A stretch of 58,733 bases of DNA from a virus (lineage: Duplodnaviria; Caudoviricetes), in the IMG/VR virus record IMGVR_UViG_3300037840_000178, positions 1 through 58,733 of that record; one strand, given 5' to 3'. The translations under genes and the position numbers were made by a program. The notes beneath the pieces are model-generated. The model made no database searches. It worked only from the letters and a program-made list of their open reading frames with translations, and was not told where the DNA came from. Of the stretch, positions 10,185 through 19,573 are shown one piece after another. Within the stretch, counting starts at the first letter, position 1, and each line of letters opens with the position of its first letter.

Positions 10185-10474
10185 GACTCATCGACTTAGA
10201 GCCGAGGTGGTACACGCTGGAGGACAGAGATGTCCGGGTCGGCTTCAGTTTTGACTGTCCACATTGCACGCTAGTTAGGCTGGGAGTGGCAGTGCATGAT
10301 AAGGGGCATCGCGTTCTAGGCGCGGCGAAGGAAGTTACCCATCCACCTGCGGAAGGCCGAGTGTGGGAGATTACAGCTGGAAATAGTTTTCAGGACATCA
10401 GTCTCCAGCCAAGCATAGATGCAAGCCAAGTGGGGCATTGGCACGGCCATATTACGAACGGGGAAGTTACGTAA
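10181..10474 (+). CDS. Small Cys/His protein (DUF6527-like)
   Basis: [21 protein letters not shown]. Confidence 0.5.
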   Translation: MRLIDLEPRWYTLEDRDVRVGFSFDCPHCTLVRLGVAVHDKGHRVLGAAKEVTHPPAEGRVWEITAGNSFQDISLQPSIDASQVGHWHGHITNGEVT

Positions 10475-10475
10475 A

Positions 10476-11951
10476 GTGGCAAATTCCACCATTCCCATGC
10501 TCCCCCAAGCCCAAAGCCTTTTGGGTGATGAGCAACTAGAAGCCGTGCAGGCTGCGACTTCCGTGCGCGTTACCGCCGCGCAGATCGCAGCCCTTGGGGG
10601 CCCACAAGGCCCGACAGGTCCCACGGGACCGCCTAATGGCCCCCCTGGGCCAACAGGTCCCACGGGCCCCTCTGGCGTAGGCCCACAAGGCGCGCAAGGC
10701 GCCACTGGCCCCGTAGGCCCGACAGGGCCGCAAGGCGCCGGCAGCCAAGGTCCCACAGGGCCGACTGGCCCCACCGGATCCGCCGGCGCCGCAGGCCCAG
10801 GAGGCCCCACGGGGCCTGGGGGCACCGGCCCCACAGGCCCCACCGGTACAGGCACTCAAGGCCCCACGGGCCCCACGGGCGCCGCTGGTATGGGACAGAC
10901 GGGCCCGACCGGCCCCACAGGCGCCGGCGGATCCTCCGGCAGCGCTGGCCCCACAGGCCCCTCTGGTCCCACAGGCCCAGGATTTGGCGTTCAGGTATCG
11001 AACACCACCTATACGTCCGGCACTGTCACTTTTCAAAATGCGAATGGGATCTCCTTCGGGAGCTCGGGCGTTGGCGGCATCTCGGCCTCCTACGGCGGCC
11101 TCAATCTATCCGCCGGCACGACTTCTGGCAGTTTGGGCTCCGTCACGCTTTCGAACTCAAACGGGGTGTCTTTTGGCTTGAACGCCGGCACCGTCACCGC
11201 CTCGATCGCTTCGACCTACGCGGGGACGGGTTTATCGATCGGAGCGACATCGCAAGGGGGGCAACTCTCAGGCACCTTGAACACCGCGGGCCTGTCGATC
11301 AATCAGCCGTACCTCACGCGCCTGATCATCCCGGATGGCAATCAGCTGACACTGCTATCTGCTCTTGGGAACGCCTCGGCCTCTTTCCAGTACCTGGCAG
11401 CGCAAGGGGCAATCACGGGGACGCGCATCGATGCGTTGGCCTCTTGGTCTGGTGCCTCCTCGGCTACGGCAAACACGTGCGCAGTGGCAATATCGGCATA
11501 CGCCGCGATCTACACTAACAACGCATTGACCTTATCCTCGCTCTCTTCTGGCTCTACGCAGACGACCTACAGCTACGCCTCTAATAGTGCAGGGCATACC
11601 GAACTCACGGCCGGGGCCATTCGCCCGATTTCATGCCCCGTTAACTTCAACATCGCCCCCGGGGAATACCTCGTGGGCTTTAACGTTGTGACGGCAACTT
11701 CTAGTATCGGCACGGCCACTACCAATCTCGCGCAAACGATTTCCATGATGGGAGGCAATCAGTTTCAGTCCGCGATCAATTATGCGGAGTTTGGATCGAA
11801 TACCGCATCGTCGACGAACTTAATCGGCGGCATGGGCATCTACACTGCCGCAACGACTGGGCTGCCGGGCTCGGTCGCACTCTCTAATCTCGCACAAACG
11901 GGGGCGTCCTTGAGCCAGGCAAATATTGCCATGGTCTTTAGGAATCAGTAA
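10476..11951 (+). CDS. Collagen-like fibre protein
   Basis: N-terminal [16 protein letters not shown] motif, long GPT-rich Gly-X-Y region, Ser/Thr-rich C-terminal domain; GTG start at 10476. Confidence 0.85.
   Translation: MANSTIPMLPQAQSLLGDEQLEAVQAATSVRVTAAQIAALGGPQGPTGPTGPPNGPPGPTGPTGPSGVGPQGAQGATGPVGPTGPQGAGSQGPTGPTGPTGSAGAAGPGGPTGPGGTGPTGPTGTGTQGPTGPTGAAGMGQTGPTGPTGAGGSSGSAGPTGPSGPTGPGFGVQVSNTTYTSGTVTFQNANGISFGSSGVGGISASYGGLNLSAGTTSGSLGSVTLSNSNGVSFGLNAGTVTASIASTYAGTGLSIGATSQGGQLSGTLNTAGLSINQPYLTRLIIPDGNQLTLLSALGNASASFQYLAAQGAITGTRIDALASWSGASSATANTCAVAISAYAAIYTNNALTLSSLSSGSTQTTYSYASNSAGHTELTAGAIRPISCPVNFNIAPGEYLVGFNVVTATSSIGTATTNLAQTISMMGGNQFQSAINYAEFGSNTASSTNLIGGMGIYTAATTGLPGSVALSNLAQTGASLSQANIAMVFRNQ
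10596..10985 (+). repeat. Collagen-coding GGCCCCACN-type tandem repeats (GPT triplets)
   Basis: Repeated ggccccac(a/c/g) units visible in the DNA. Confidence 0.9.
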
Positions 11952-11967
11952 TTGCGTGGCGCGCCCG

Positions 11968-12219
11968 ATGGCAGATGAACCCGGGATTTTTGACTTTCTC
12001 CAAACAGGATGGTTTGCCGCAGTCGCGGCGGCTACGTGGGCGCTCATCTTGCGGGTAATCGTGGGGCGCTTTCAGGCATCAAGCAGGCGCCAAGAGGAAC
12101 GCCTAGAGAAGCTTGAGTCGGAAATCACCTCAATCAAGATATCCTTAGCCTCAATCGCTGGGCGCATGATGGAGCGCGATCATTTCGGAAAATACACGTG
12201 GCCAGGAGATAGTCGATGA
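11968..12219 (+). CDS. Holin-like membrane protein (1 TM + coiled coil)
   Basis: Hydrophobic WFAAVAAATWALILRVIV then RLEKLESEI; directly upstream of lysin. Confidence 0.5.
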   Translation: MADEPGIFDFLQTGWFAAVAAATWALILRVIVGRFQASSRRQEERLEKLESEITSIKISLASIAGRMMERDHFGKYTWPGDSR

Positions 12220-12608
12220 TTCCGCCGCGAATCGCTGAGCTAATTGCCAAAGAGGAAGGGTACGGCATTCCTGGGGCTATTCCCACAACTCATGATAATC
12301 CAGGCGATCTGCGCCACAGCCCGCACTCCTTCCATGCCGTCGATGCCCCGAATGCTATCGGTGAAATCGATACACCCGCAGACGGCTGGTATGATCTTGT
12401 GCACGAACTAGATCTTTATGCGACTCGCGGCATGACCATTGCTCAAGCGATCTATGAGTGGGCACCCCCCAATGAAAACAACACGGCTGCATATTTAAGT
12501 TACATTGTCAATGGGTTAGGATGCTCACCGGACACAGAACTGAAAGAAGCGCTGACAATACCTGGTATTGGAGCTTACTCAGACGAACCAACGGGAGAGC
12601 CTTCATGA
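12216..12608 (+). CDS. Small lysozyme-like endolysin
   Basis: IAKEEG, DNPGDLR, WAPPNENNTAAY motifs of phage lysozyme-like proteins. Confidence 0.7.
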   Translation: MIPPRIAELIAKEEGYGIPGAIPTTHDNPGDLRHSPHSFHAVDAPNAIGEIDTPADGWYDLVHELDLYATRGMTIAQAIYEWAPPNENNTAAYLSYIVNGLGCSPDTELKEALTIPGIGAYSDEPTGEPS

Positions 12609-12787
12609 TCCATTCGCTGCTGTATCTTTTCATTGTGCTTTGCATCGTGGGGCTGGTGCTGTGGGGCATCTCTCAGATTCCAGGCATTCCGGGTATCGTC
12701 AAAACGGTGGTGTACGTGATCGTCGGGGTAATCTTGCTCCTCTGGTGCCTACAGTACTTTGGGCCTCCCGGGGTGGGGCTGCGATGA
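12605..12787 (+). CDS. Small two-TM membrane protein
   Basis: Two hydrophobic helices separated by IPGIPG. Confidence 0.6.
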   Translation: MIHSLLYLFIVLCIVGLVLWGISQIPGIPGIVKTVVYVIVGVILLLWCLQYFGPPGVGLR

Positions 12788-13101
12788 CATTCTGGCAATT
12801 CCTCGCGAATATCTGGTCTTTCCTGTCGGCAAACGGCACGAAAGTCCTTGGACTTGCCCAAGGCACCGTCGCCCTCCTCGCTGGCATGAACAATATTATC
12901 CCTGCCGATGATGTGAAGTACTGGCTCGCAGCTTCAGCGGTCCTCACATTCTGGCGCGGATTCTCTAACTCAAGCACGATCGCCACTACGCAGACAACAG
13001 TGACGAAGCAGGAAGTAAAGAGTGATGCCGATACCCCCAAAACCGAAGGAACACAAAATGCGAAAATTCCTCCTGACCCTTCCCGTCCTTCTCGCCCTTA
13101 A
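12784..13101 (+). CDS. Holin-like membrane protein
   Basis: Two moderately hydrophobic segments and a polar tail, in the lysis cassette. Confidence 0.45.
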   Translation: MTFWQFLANIWSFLSANGTKVLGLAQGTVALLAGMNNIIPADDVKYWLAASAVLTFWRGFSNSSTIATTQTTVTKQEVKSDADTPKTEGTQNAKIPPDPSRPSRP

Positions 13102-13501
13102 CGGCTGCGCAACCATCCAGGGATGGTTCGGTAGCCCCACCACGGCCCAGTACATTCAAGATGCCGTGAACGTCGCCGTACTTGTCGCGAGCACGCAAGG
13201 GGTGTCGGCTGCGGAAATTAACGCGATAGCGAAGGCCGCGCTAGCGGCGGATAACGGCGCGGTGTCCACTCTTGCCGAACTGCAAACGCTCCTTGATAAG
13301 GAAATCGCCAAACTGAATCTTCCAACGGCCGACCAGACGGCCATAGGCATTGTGGTGTCGGCGCTATCCGGTGCACTCGCAAGCGCGATTGGCACCAATA
13401 CGACCGTTCAGCAGGCGCAAGTCATCATAGCCGATGTGTTGAACGATATCGTTGCGGCAACTTCTATAGCGAAGGTGAAATCTCGCGGATTGAAGCCGTG
13501 A
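13058..13501 (+). CDS. Lipoprotein (possible spanin-like)
   Basis: MRKFLLTLPVLLALNG-C lipobox; AAGGA SD upstream. Confidence 0.65.
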   Translation: MRKFLLTLPVLLALNGCATIQGWFGSPTTAQYIQDAVNVAVLVASTQGVSAAEINAIAKAALAADNGAVSTLAELQTLLDKEIAKLNLPTADQTAIGIVVSALSGALASAIGTNTTVQQAQVIIADVLNDIVAATSIAKVKSRGLKP

Positions 13502-14304
13502 AGTACGGGCGCCTCCCGCGCGGGCATGATCCGCGTGTGCCGAAGATGGCTACGCTTCGGGCCATGGGTTCCACGCCTCCGTTGCCTGAGCCCGTCAATT
13601 ATTCTGTAGGGATGCCGGCGGATTTAGGGATGATGCTAAATGATACTCTCGGCGACTGCACGGCAGCGGCATGCGGACACGCATTACAGGTCTTCTCACA
13701 CAACGCGACACCACCGATGGTCACGCCAACGGATGGCCAAGTGGAAGCTCTGTACGAGGCGACCGGGGGCTACGTGCCAGGGGAACCCAATACCGATAAT
13801 GGCGCCGTTGAACAGGTAGTTCTTCAGTACTGGCTGAATAATCCGCTCGATAGCAATCAATTGGCCGCGTTCGTAGAGATCGACGTGAAGGATCTGGCGG
13901 ATGTGAAGCGCGCCATTTGGGAATGCGGCGTTGTTTATATCGGCCTTACCGTTCCAGCGTTTCTGCAAAACCTCGAGGCGCCGGGGTCGAACTGGAACGT
14001 AAGCCCAAATGCTGATAACACCATCATTGGCGGCCACGCCGTCGCTGTGGTTGGCTGGGATGCTCGCGACAATTTCATCCTGATTTCGTGGGGCGCCGTA
14101 TACACGATGACGCCGTCTTTCTGGCTTGGCTTTGTTGATGAGGCATACGCGCTTGCCAATCCCGCCTGGATGGAAAAGACGGGCCGCAGTCCCGCAGGGC
14201 TCTCGCTCGGAAAGCTCGAAGCGTTAATGGCCTCGATGAGGGCGGATCCTAAGCCCCAAGAGCATCGCCATCACAGGCGAAAAAAGCGCTGGAGCGCTAC
14301 ATGA
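13498..14304 (+). CDS. Papain-like (C1-type) cysteine peptidase-fold protein
   Basis: NDTLGDCTAAA (Cys), GGHAVAVVGWD (His), ISWG. Confidence 0.65.
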   Translation: MKYGRLPRGHDPRVPKMATLRAMGSTPPLPEPVNYSVGMPADLGMMLNDTLGDCTAAACGHALQVFSHNATPPMVTPTDGQVEALYEATGGYVPGEPNTDNGAVEQVVLQYWLNNPLDSNQLAAFVEIDVKDLADVKRAIWECGVVYIGLTVPAFLQNLEAPGSNWNVSPNADNTIIGGHAVAVVGWDARDNFILISWGAVYTMTPSFWLGFVDEAYALANPAWMEKTGRSPAGLSLGKLEALMASMRADPKPQEHRHHRRKKRWSAT

Positions 14305-14501
14305 GCGCTGTGACCTGGACACCGACGCCTTATCTGCAGTGGATGAAGCGGGCGCCTCCGGCGGGCGCAGTGCTGCCGCCTGGCGAGTACACGATGGTGT
14401 TGCAACAGTGGTTCACATCCTCGGAAGGTGGAGGGCAGTGGCAGGAGTTGCCAGTAAGATTCTGGAACGAGGTATACCAGAACCCCCCGCCGACAGCATG
14501 A
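14301..14501 (+). CDS. Small hypothetical protein, paralog of 47863..48060
   Basis: WxPT..L..KR..LQQ..GGxW..V pattern shared. Confidence 0.6.
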   Translation: MSAVTWTPTPYLQWMKRAPPAGAVLPPGEYTMVLQQWFTSSEGGGQWQELPVRFWNEVYQNPPPTA

Positions 14502-15886
14502 GCGGAGAGCCTCGCATTGGATTTGCGACCTTGTGCAAGGGGCGCGCTTTTCATCTCAAGGAAACCTTACCGAGGAACCTCAAGGACGTCGAGAGTTACC
14601 CCAATGCGTTTTGCGTGATACTGGACTATGAATCGCAGGACGATTTGATTCCTTACCTGAAGGCCAATCACTCGAGCGATATCGAGAGCGGGAAGCTTGT
14701 CGTCTACAGTTATCGAAATGGCGGGGCGCCTCTGAAATTAGCGCATGGGAAAAACTTAGCCATGCGCTGCGCGATCCTTGAGGGGGCAGAACTTGTTTGT
14801 CAAATGGATGCCGATAACTGGGGTGGTGCAGGCTTCACGAAATTCATCTCAGATATTTTCAGAGAACCCGGAATGGTTCCAGGGATATTTGCAATCCCTG
14901 ACTACCATCTCATTAAGAGTCTGCCACACGGAAAGAGCCGCCCCGTGCGCGGGTATGCGGGGCGCCTTGTGTGTTGGGCACAAACGTTCATCAAGATGGG
15001 CGGCTACGCTGAGGAATTCGAGGTCTGGGGGTCAGAGGATATTTGCACAAATTTCAGGCTCCAGAGGGCCGGATATCAGATCCGGCATATCCCGAATCAT
15101 TTTCTAAATGCCATAAACCACAGTGCCGCCATTCGCTTCAAGGAATACCCGAACGCGCAGCAATTCGAAAATGATAGCCAAGTTGAGATCCTGAAAGCCA
15201 AAACGAACACGGTCGTGAATTACGGCCAGTTTGGCCTAGGGAAGGTGTATCGAAATTTCAGCGAAACGGCAATTGAGTTAAGGCCACTCCCGACGCGCGT
15301 CTTTGGAATAGGAGTGCAGCGCACTGGTACGACCTCACTCCATGAGGCGTTCAAGATGCTCGGCTTCGATAGCCTCCATTGGGGCACAGGCGAAGCGCCT
15401 CTCATCTGGTACGAAATGAATGCGCTTGGGCGCTCAAAGACCCTTGAGCAATGGTACGCGCTCTGTGACTTCCCGATCCCATTGCTCTATCAGAAACTCG
15501 ACAAGGCGTATCCCGGCTCTAAGTTCGTCCTTACCATCCGCAACGAATCCGATTGGCTAGAAAGCGTACGCAAGCTCTGGGATTACAAAACGAACCCGCA
15601 CCGGTATCTGTGGGAGATTTATCCCATCTCACACCAATTGCACACCGCTTTCTATGGCCAAAAGGAATTCGACGCGGCCAAATTTGTGGCGCGCTACCGG
15701 CAGCATAACGCCGAGGTCCTTGAGTACTTCAGTGGGCGCCCAGATGATCTTCTGATCCTAGATATGGATCGGCCGAGAGGAAAGCTGGCTGCGCTTTGCA
15801 AGTTTCTAGATATGCCATCCCCGACGACAGATGGGCTCTATCCGCGCGCGAACCGCTCAACCGAGAGTTTTGTGCCCACCACTTAG
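14498..15886 (+). CDS. Glycosyltransferase (GT-A/GT7C-like)-sulfotransferase fusion
   Basis: MDAD, GGYAEEFEVWGSED; C-terminal VFGIGVQRTGTTSL PAPS loop and KFVLTIR..W.ES. Confidence 0.8.
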   Translation: MSGEPRIGFATLCKGRAFHLKETLPRNLKDVESYPNAFCVILDYESQDDLIPYLKANHSSDIESGKLVVYSYRNGGAPLKLAHGKNLAMRCAILEGAELVCQMDADNWGGAGFTKFISDIFREPGMVPGIFAIPDYHLIKSLPHGKSRPVRGYAGRLVCWAQTFIKMGGYAEEFEVWGSEDICTNFRLQRAGYQIRHIPNHFLNAINHSAAIRFKEYPNAQQFENDSQVEILKAKTNTVVNYGQFGLGKVYRNFSETAIELRPLPTRVFGIGVQRTGTTSLHEAFKMLGFDSLHWGTGEAPLIWYEMNALGRSKTLEQWYALCDFPIPLLYQKLDKAYPGSKFVLTIRNESDWLESVRKLWDYKTNPHRYLWEIYPISHQLHTAFYGQKEFDAAKFVARYRQHNAEVLEYFSGRPDDLLILDMDRPRGKLAALCKFLDMPSPTTDGLYPRANRSTESFVPTT

Positions 15887-16036
15887 CAGCAACTCAAACT
15901 TTTTCACAAGATCCGCCCGCAGATGCGCTATCGTCGCCATTTGCGATATGATCTCCAGATCCTGCTGCACCCAGCGTTCTTCGTAAGCTTTGAGCAGGGC
16001 TTCCAATTCGCGTATGCGCGCTCGTTCAGTCGTCAT
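15857..16036 (-). CDS. Small coiled-coil hypothetical protein
   Basis: MTTERARIRELEALL.. fills the gap between + genes. Confidence 0.4.
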   Translation of the reverse strand: MTTERARIRELEALLKAYEERWVQQDLEIISQMATIAHLRADLVKKFELLLSGGHKTLG

Positions 16037-16105
16037 GGGTCGAACATACCGCAGCTGCGAATGTGGATCTAGTAACCGATTGACAAATCGGGCATTATCT
16101 GCCGC

Positions 16106-16897
16106 ATGACGATTAATACGAATCCACTTTCGTACAACAGCTGGGTAGAGCAGATAGGGGTATTGGTTCCAGTTGGAACCACGATAGGCACCGATGAGGC
16201 AAATCACTTTGACGATGTAAATCTCGATAACGCTGCGTCCTCGATACTCTCGTACGCGGAGAACCGCATCCAGCGCGACTTGGACATGCTCCCGGCGCAG
16301 ACATCGAACAGCTATACGTTGACTCCTGGGAATTACATCTTTCCGCTTCCCGCGAACGATTTTGTAATCGTCAATCGCGTGGTTATAGAACAGTTGAACG
16401 GTTCGCAAGTGATCTCAACGCAACCGCTTCTCGAGGTATCGCAAGAGTTCATCCAGAATTGCTACGGCGGTTTGTCGACAAGCGGCACGCCTCAGTACTT
16501 CGCAATGGTGGGCGATAACTGGGGGAACGGTGGCACAGTCAACAACAATATCTCATTGGGCCCGACGCCCAATTTCGCTTACACAATCCGCGTGCATGGA
16601 TTGATCCGCACGCCTTCGCTCTATACCTACTCTGCCGGTGGAGCAGCTAGCACCCAGTACACGTACATTTCGACGTATTATCCTGATCTATTGATCACGG
16701 CTAGCATGATCTATGTCGCTGGCCACTTCCAAAAGAACTTTTCGAGTACCAGCGATAGCCAGGACGCGCCTCTCAACTACGAAAAGCAGTATCAAATCCT
16801 TCGCACCGGTGCGATCCAAGAAGAGAACAGAAAGAAAGGCCAAGGGAGCGGCTGGTCGTCGTACTCAACGCCAGTTTCCGCGACACCCACTCGGTGA
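16106..16897 (+). CDS. Tail/head completion adaptor protein
   Basis: AENRIQRDL, GTPQYFA, GPTPNFAY, YPDLL..AS motifs; directly upstream of nozzle gene. Confidence 0.65.
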   Translation: MTINTNPLSYNSWVEQIGVLVPVGTTIGTDEANHFDDVNLDNAASSILSYAENRIQRDLDMLPAQTSNSYTLTPGNYIFPLPANDFVIVNRVVIEQLNGSQVISTQPLLEVSQEFIQNCYGGLSTSGTPQYFAMVGDNWGNGGTVNNNISLGPTPNFAYTIRVHGLIRTPSLYTYSAGGAASTQYTYISTYYPDLLITASMIYVAGHFQKNFSSTSDSQDAPLNYEKQYQILRTGAIQEENRKKGQGSGWSSYSTPVSATPTR

Positions 16898-16900
16898 CGT

Positions 16901-19042
16901 GTGCCACATGCAGTCCTTCGGCTGATCGGCGGCGCTAATACTCAAGAGACGCCTGCGCTCAATGAGAATTCTGGCATCTCGCAGACCAATAGGGTCAGAT
17001 TCTTCTATGACCCCAATGGCATCAGCCTAGTTGCCAAATTAGGCGGCTGGGTTCGCTACATCAATCAGCAAATGGTCGCGATCGTGCGCGCGCTATGGGC
17101 GTGGGAGGACATCAACCTAAACTCATGGCTCGCCTTAGGCACGCAAACGCTCTCAGGACAATCTTACTCACAGCTCGCCGTCATCAACGATGGGGCGCTC
17201 ACTGATATTTCCCCCACGCAAACGACGGATAATGTCGCGCCAGTCGTTACCTCGACTCAAGGCTCGTACTCCTTCCTCATCACGGATAACACCGTTACGG
17301 GCGTGACGAATTACGACACCGTGTATATCGCAACGCAAATCTCGATTGGCGGCGTGGTGCTATTTGGTCTCTATGCTTGCGCGCCAGATGGCATTTTGTA
17401 CCCGAATGGCTATACCGTGTGGGCGCGCGATCAGTTGGGCAATTTAGAAGAGGCGACCTCGAGCTCGAGCCTGCCTGTGCTCCCTGCCTTCACTACAACG
17501 GGGCCCTTGGGCGCAATCCGGGGATCAAGCCAGGTCAACGTCTATCTGCCCGCTTACACGTACGCTCTGGGCGATACGTTCCCCGTGCTCACGCCAACGA
17601 TGGTCGGTGGCATCACGCTTTATGGCAACTACGTAGTGCAAGCGCTAGTCGATGCGAATAACTTCACCATCATCGCAGCAACGGCGGCGACATCCTCGGC
17701 GACTGCGACCTTGAATGGCGGCCTCGCGCAGTACATCTACTCCTTTGGCCAAGGTGCGATTCCTTCGGGCACAGGCTACGGGATCGGTGAGTATGGGATC
17801 GGAGGGTATGGCGTCGGGACCCCTATCACGCCCGCGACGGGGCCAGCGGTCAATGCGGTCGATTGGACGATGGATAACTTCGGTGAGTACCTCCTCACCG
17901 TGCCCATCCAGCCGCCAAATGCCGGAACGCCCTTTCAGCCGCTCTACGTGTGGCCGCCTGGGCAGCCAACCGCAACCGTCGTCTCAGAAGCGCCCCCGGT
18001 GAATGATGGGGTGCTCGTCGCGATGCCTCAGCGGCAGGTTATTTTGTGGGGGTCGACGGAGACGGGGATTCAAGATCCACTCCTTATTCAGTGGTCAGAT
18101 GTCGGCACCTACAACGTGTTCACTGATTTGGTGACCAATCAGGCTGGCACCTATCGCATACCGACTGGTTCACGCATTGTTGGCTGCCTACAAGTTCCGC
18201 AGCAAATTTTGGTGTGGACTGATGTTGATGTGTACTCGATGCAGTACATCAATCTTCCAGATGTCTATGGATTCAATCAGGTTGGTAAGGGCTGCGGGCT
18301 GATCGCGCGCAAAGCTGCTGGCGTCTTGGGCGGAATTCCGTATTGGATGGGGCCGTCTCAATTCTATTCCTTTAGCGCTTACGGTGTGCAGCCCGTTCCC
18401 TGTGCGGTATGGGATTTTGTGTACCAGAATTTGAACCAAGGCACCGATCCAACGACGGGCGTCAGCAACCTTCAAAAAATCCGTTGCGCCGTCAATTCGA
18501 GATTCGGTGAAATCCAGTGGTTTTTCCCTTCGGCTAATGGGTCTGGGGAATGCGATTCATATGTGAAATTTAATGCGTATCTAAATGCGTGGGATTTCGG
18601 CATGCTGGGACGCACCGCGTGGGTTGATCAAACCATCTTAGGCCCTCCGATCGGCGCAGACCCTTCGTCGTTATACATTTATCAGCACGAGGTTTCGGCG
18701 GACGCGGACGGTCAGCCAATGGGGGAGTTCTTCCAAACAGGTTTTTACACGCTTCAGGAAGGTGACCTGCAAACCTTTATAGACTGGATTTTTCCGGACA
18801 TGAAGTGGGGGTTCTCCGGTCAACCGCCAACCGGGCAAGTGAATATCTGGTTCTATGTGGCTCAGTATCCAGGCGACACGCCGGTTGAGTTTGGCCCATA
18901 TACTGTGAGTCAGGCGGTCCAGTATTTCTACACAAGACTAAGAGGAAGACTTGTCTCCGTGAAGGTCGGCGGGAGTCCCGCAGGAACTTGGTGGCGTACG
19001 GGTGCCGTTCGATATCGTTTTGCTGCTGACGGGAGGATTTAG
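16901..19042 (+). CDS. Tail nozzle / DNA-stabilisation protein (P22 gp10 / T7 gp12-like position)
   Basis: 713 aa beta-rich; WTMDNFGE, IQWSD, NQAG, LVWTD, GRTAW.D, RLRGR, DGR end. Confidence 0.75.
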   Translation: MPHAVLRLIGGANTQETPALNENSGISQTNRVRFFYDPNGISLVAKLGGWVRYINQQMVAIVRALWAWEDINLNSWLALGTQTLSGQSYSQLAVINDGALTDISPTQTTDNVAPVVTSTQGSYSFLITDNTVTGVTNYDTVYIATQISIGGVVLFGLYACAPDGILYPNGYTVWARDQLGNLEEATSSSSLPVLPAFTTTGPLGAIRGSSQVNVYLPAYTYALGDTFPVLTPTMVGGITLYGNYVVQALVDANNFTIIAATAATSSATATLNGGLAQYIYSFGQGAIPSGTGYGIGEYGIGGYGVGTPITPATGPAVNAVDWTMDNFGEYLLTVPIQPPNAGTPFQPLYVWPPGQPTATVVSEAPPVNDGVLVAMPQRQVILWGSTETGIQDPLLIQWSDVGTYNVFTDLVTNQAGTYRIPTGSRIVGCLQVPQQILVWTDVDVYSMQYINLPDVYGFNQVGKGCGLIARKAAGVLGGIPYWMGPSQFYSFSAYGVQPVPCAVWDFVYQNLNQGTDPTTGVSNLQKIRCAVNSRFGEIQWFFPSANGSGECDSYVKFNAYLNAWDFGMLGRTAWVDQTILGPPIGADPSSLYIYQHEVSADADGQPMGEFFQTGFYTLQEGDLQTFIDWIFPDMKWGFSGQPPTGQVNIWFYVAQYPGDTPVEFGPYTVSQAVQYFYTRLRGRLVSVKVGGSPAGTWWRTGAVRYRFAADGRI

Positions 19043-19410
19043 TGAGCACCCCAGCGAATCAATTGCCGGCTGCCGGTGCCACCCAGCTCCTAAATTCCCT
19101 GCAGGCCCTTGTGCAAGCACTCAACGGCGCCGCCACCTCCTACGCCAACATCGTCGGCGTCGCGAACTTCGGCCCCATTACGACAGCGACTGTCATCAAA
19201 TCGAGTGCAGGACGCATCTGCGAGATCGCAGTGATCTCAGCAGGCACGACCACGGGCTACGTATATGACTCAGCATCGACCTCGGCAACCACGGCTATCA
19301 TGATTCCCATACCGAACATTGTGGGAGTCTACAAAGTACAGTGGCCAATGGCGACAGGCCTGCTCGTGATCCCCGGCGCTGGACAGACTATCTCGGGGAC
19401 CTATTCATGA
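19042..19410 (+). CDS. Hypothetical structural protein
   Basis: Coupled to nozzle gene; beta-rich C-terminus. Confidence 0.55.
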   Translation: MSTPANQLPAAGATQLLNSLQALVQALNGAATSYANIVGVANFGPITTATVIKSSAGRICEIAVISAGTTTGYVYDSASTSATTAIMIPIPNIVGVYKVQWPMATGLLVIPGAGQTISGTYS

Positions 19411-19573
19411 TCGCCGCCATATTCATCGCTCTCGGCGTTCTGGCTCTTTGCGGATTCGCTCTTATGTTTATCAACTTCATTGAGCGACCGCTAGATAACG
19501 ATTCGGGGACGCTTGGATCATTCGGCCGTATGGGCCAGGAATATCATCCGAAATGGCCACCGGAGAATAAGGG

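Noticed and set aside
10316-11036. Minus-strand Gly/Pro-rich ORFs 10316..10855 and 10536..11036
   Set aside because: Antisense shadows of the collagen repeat.
3-11951. Diversity-generating retroelement TR/VR pair from the duplicated fibre C-terminus
   Set aside because: Differences are not adenine-specific, both copies are coding, and no reverse transcriptase is seen.
16081-16105. Sigma70 promoter at TTGACA upstream of 16106
   Set aside because: No acceptable -10 box at 16-18 bp spacing.
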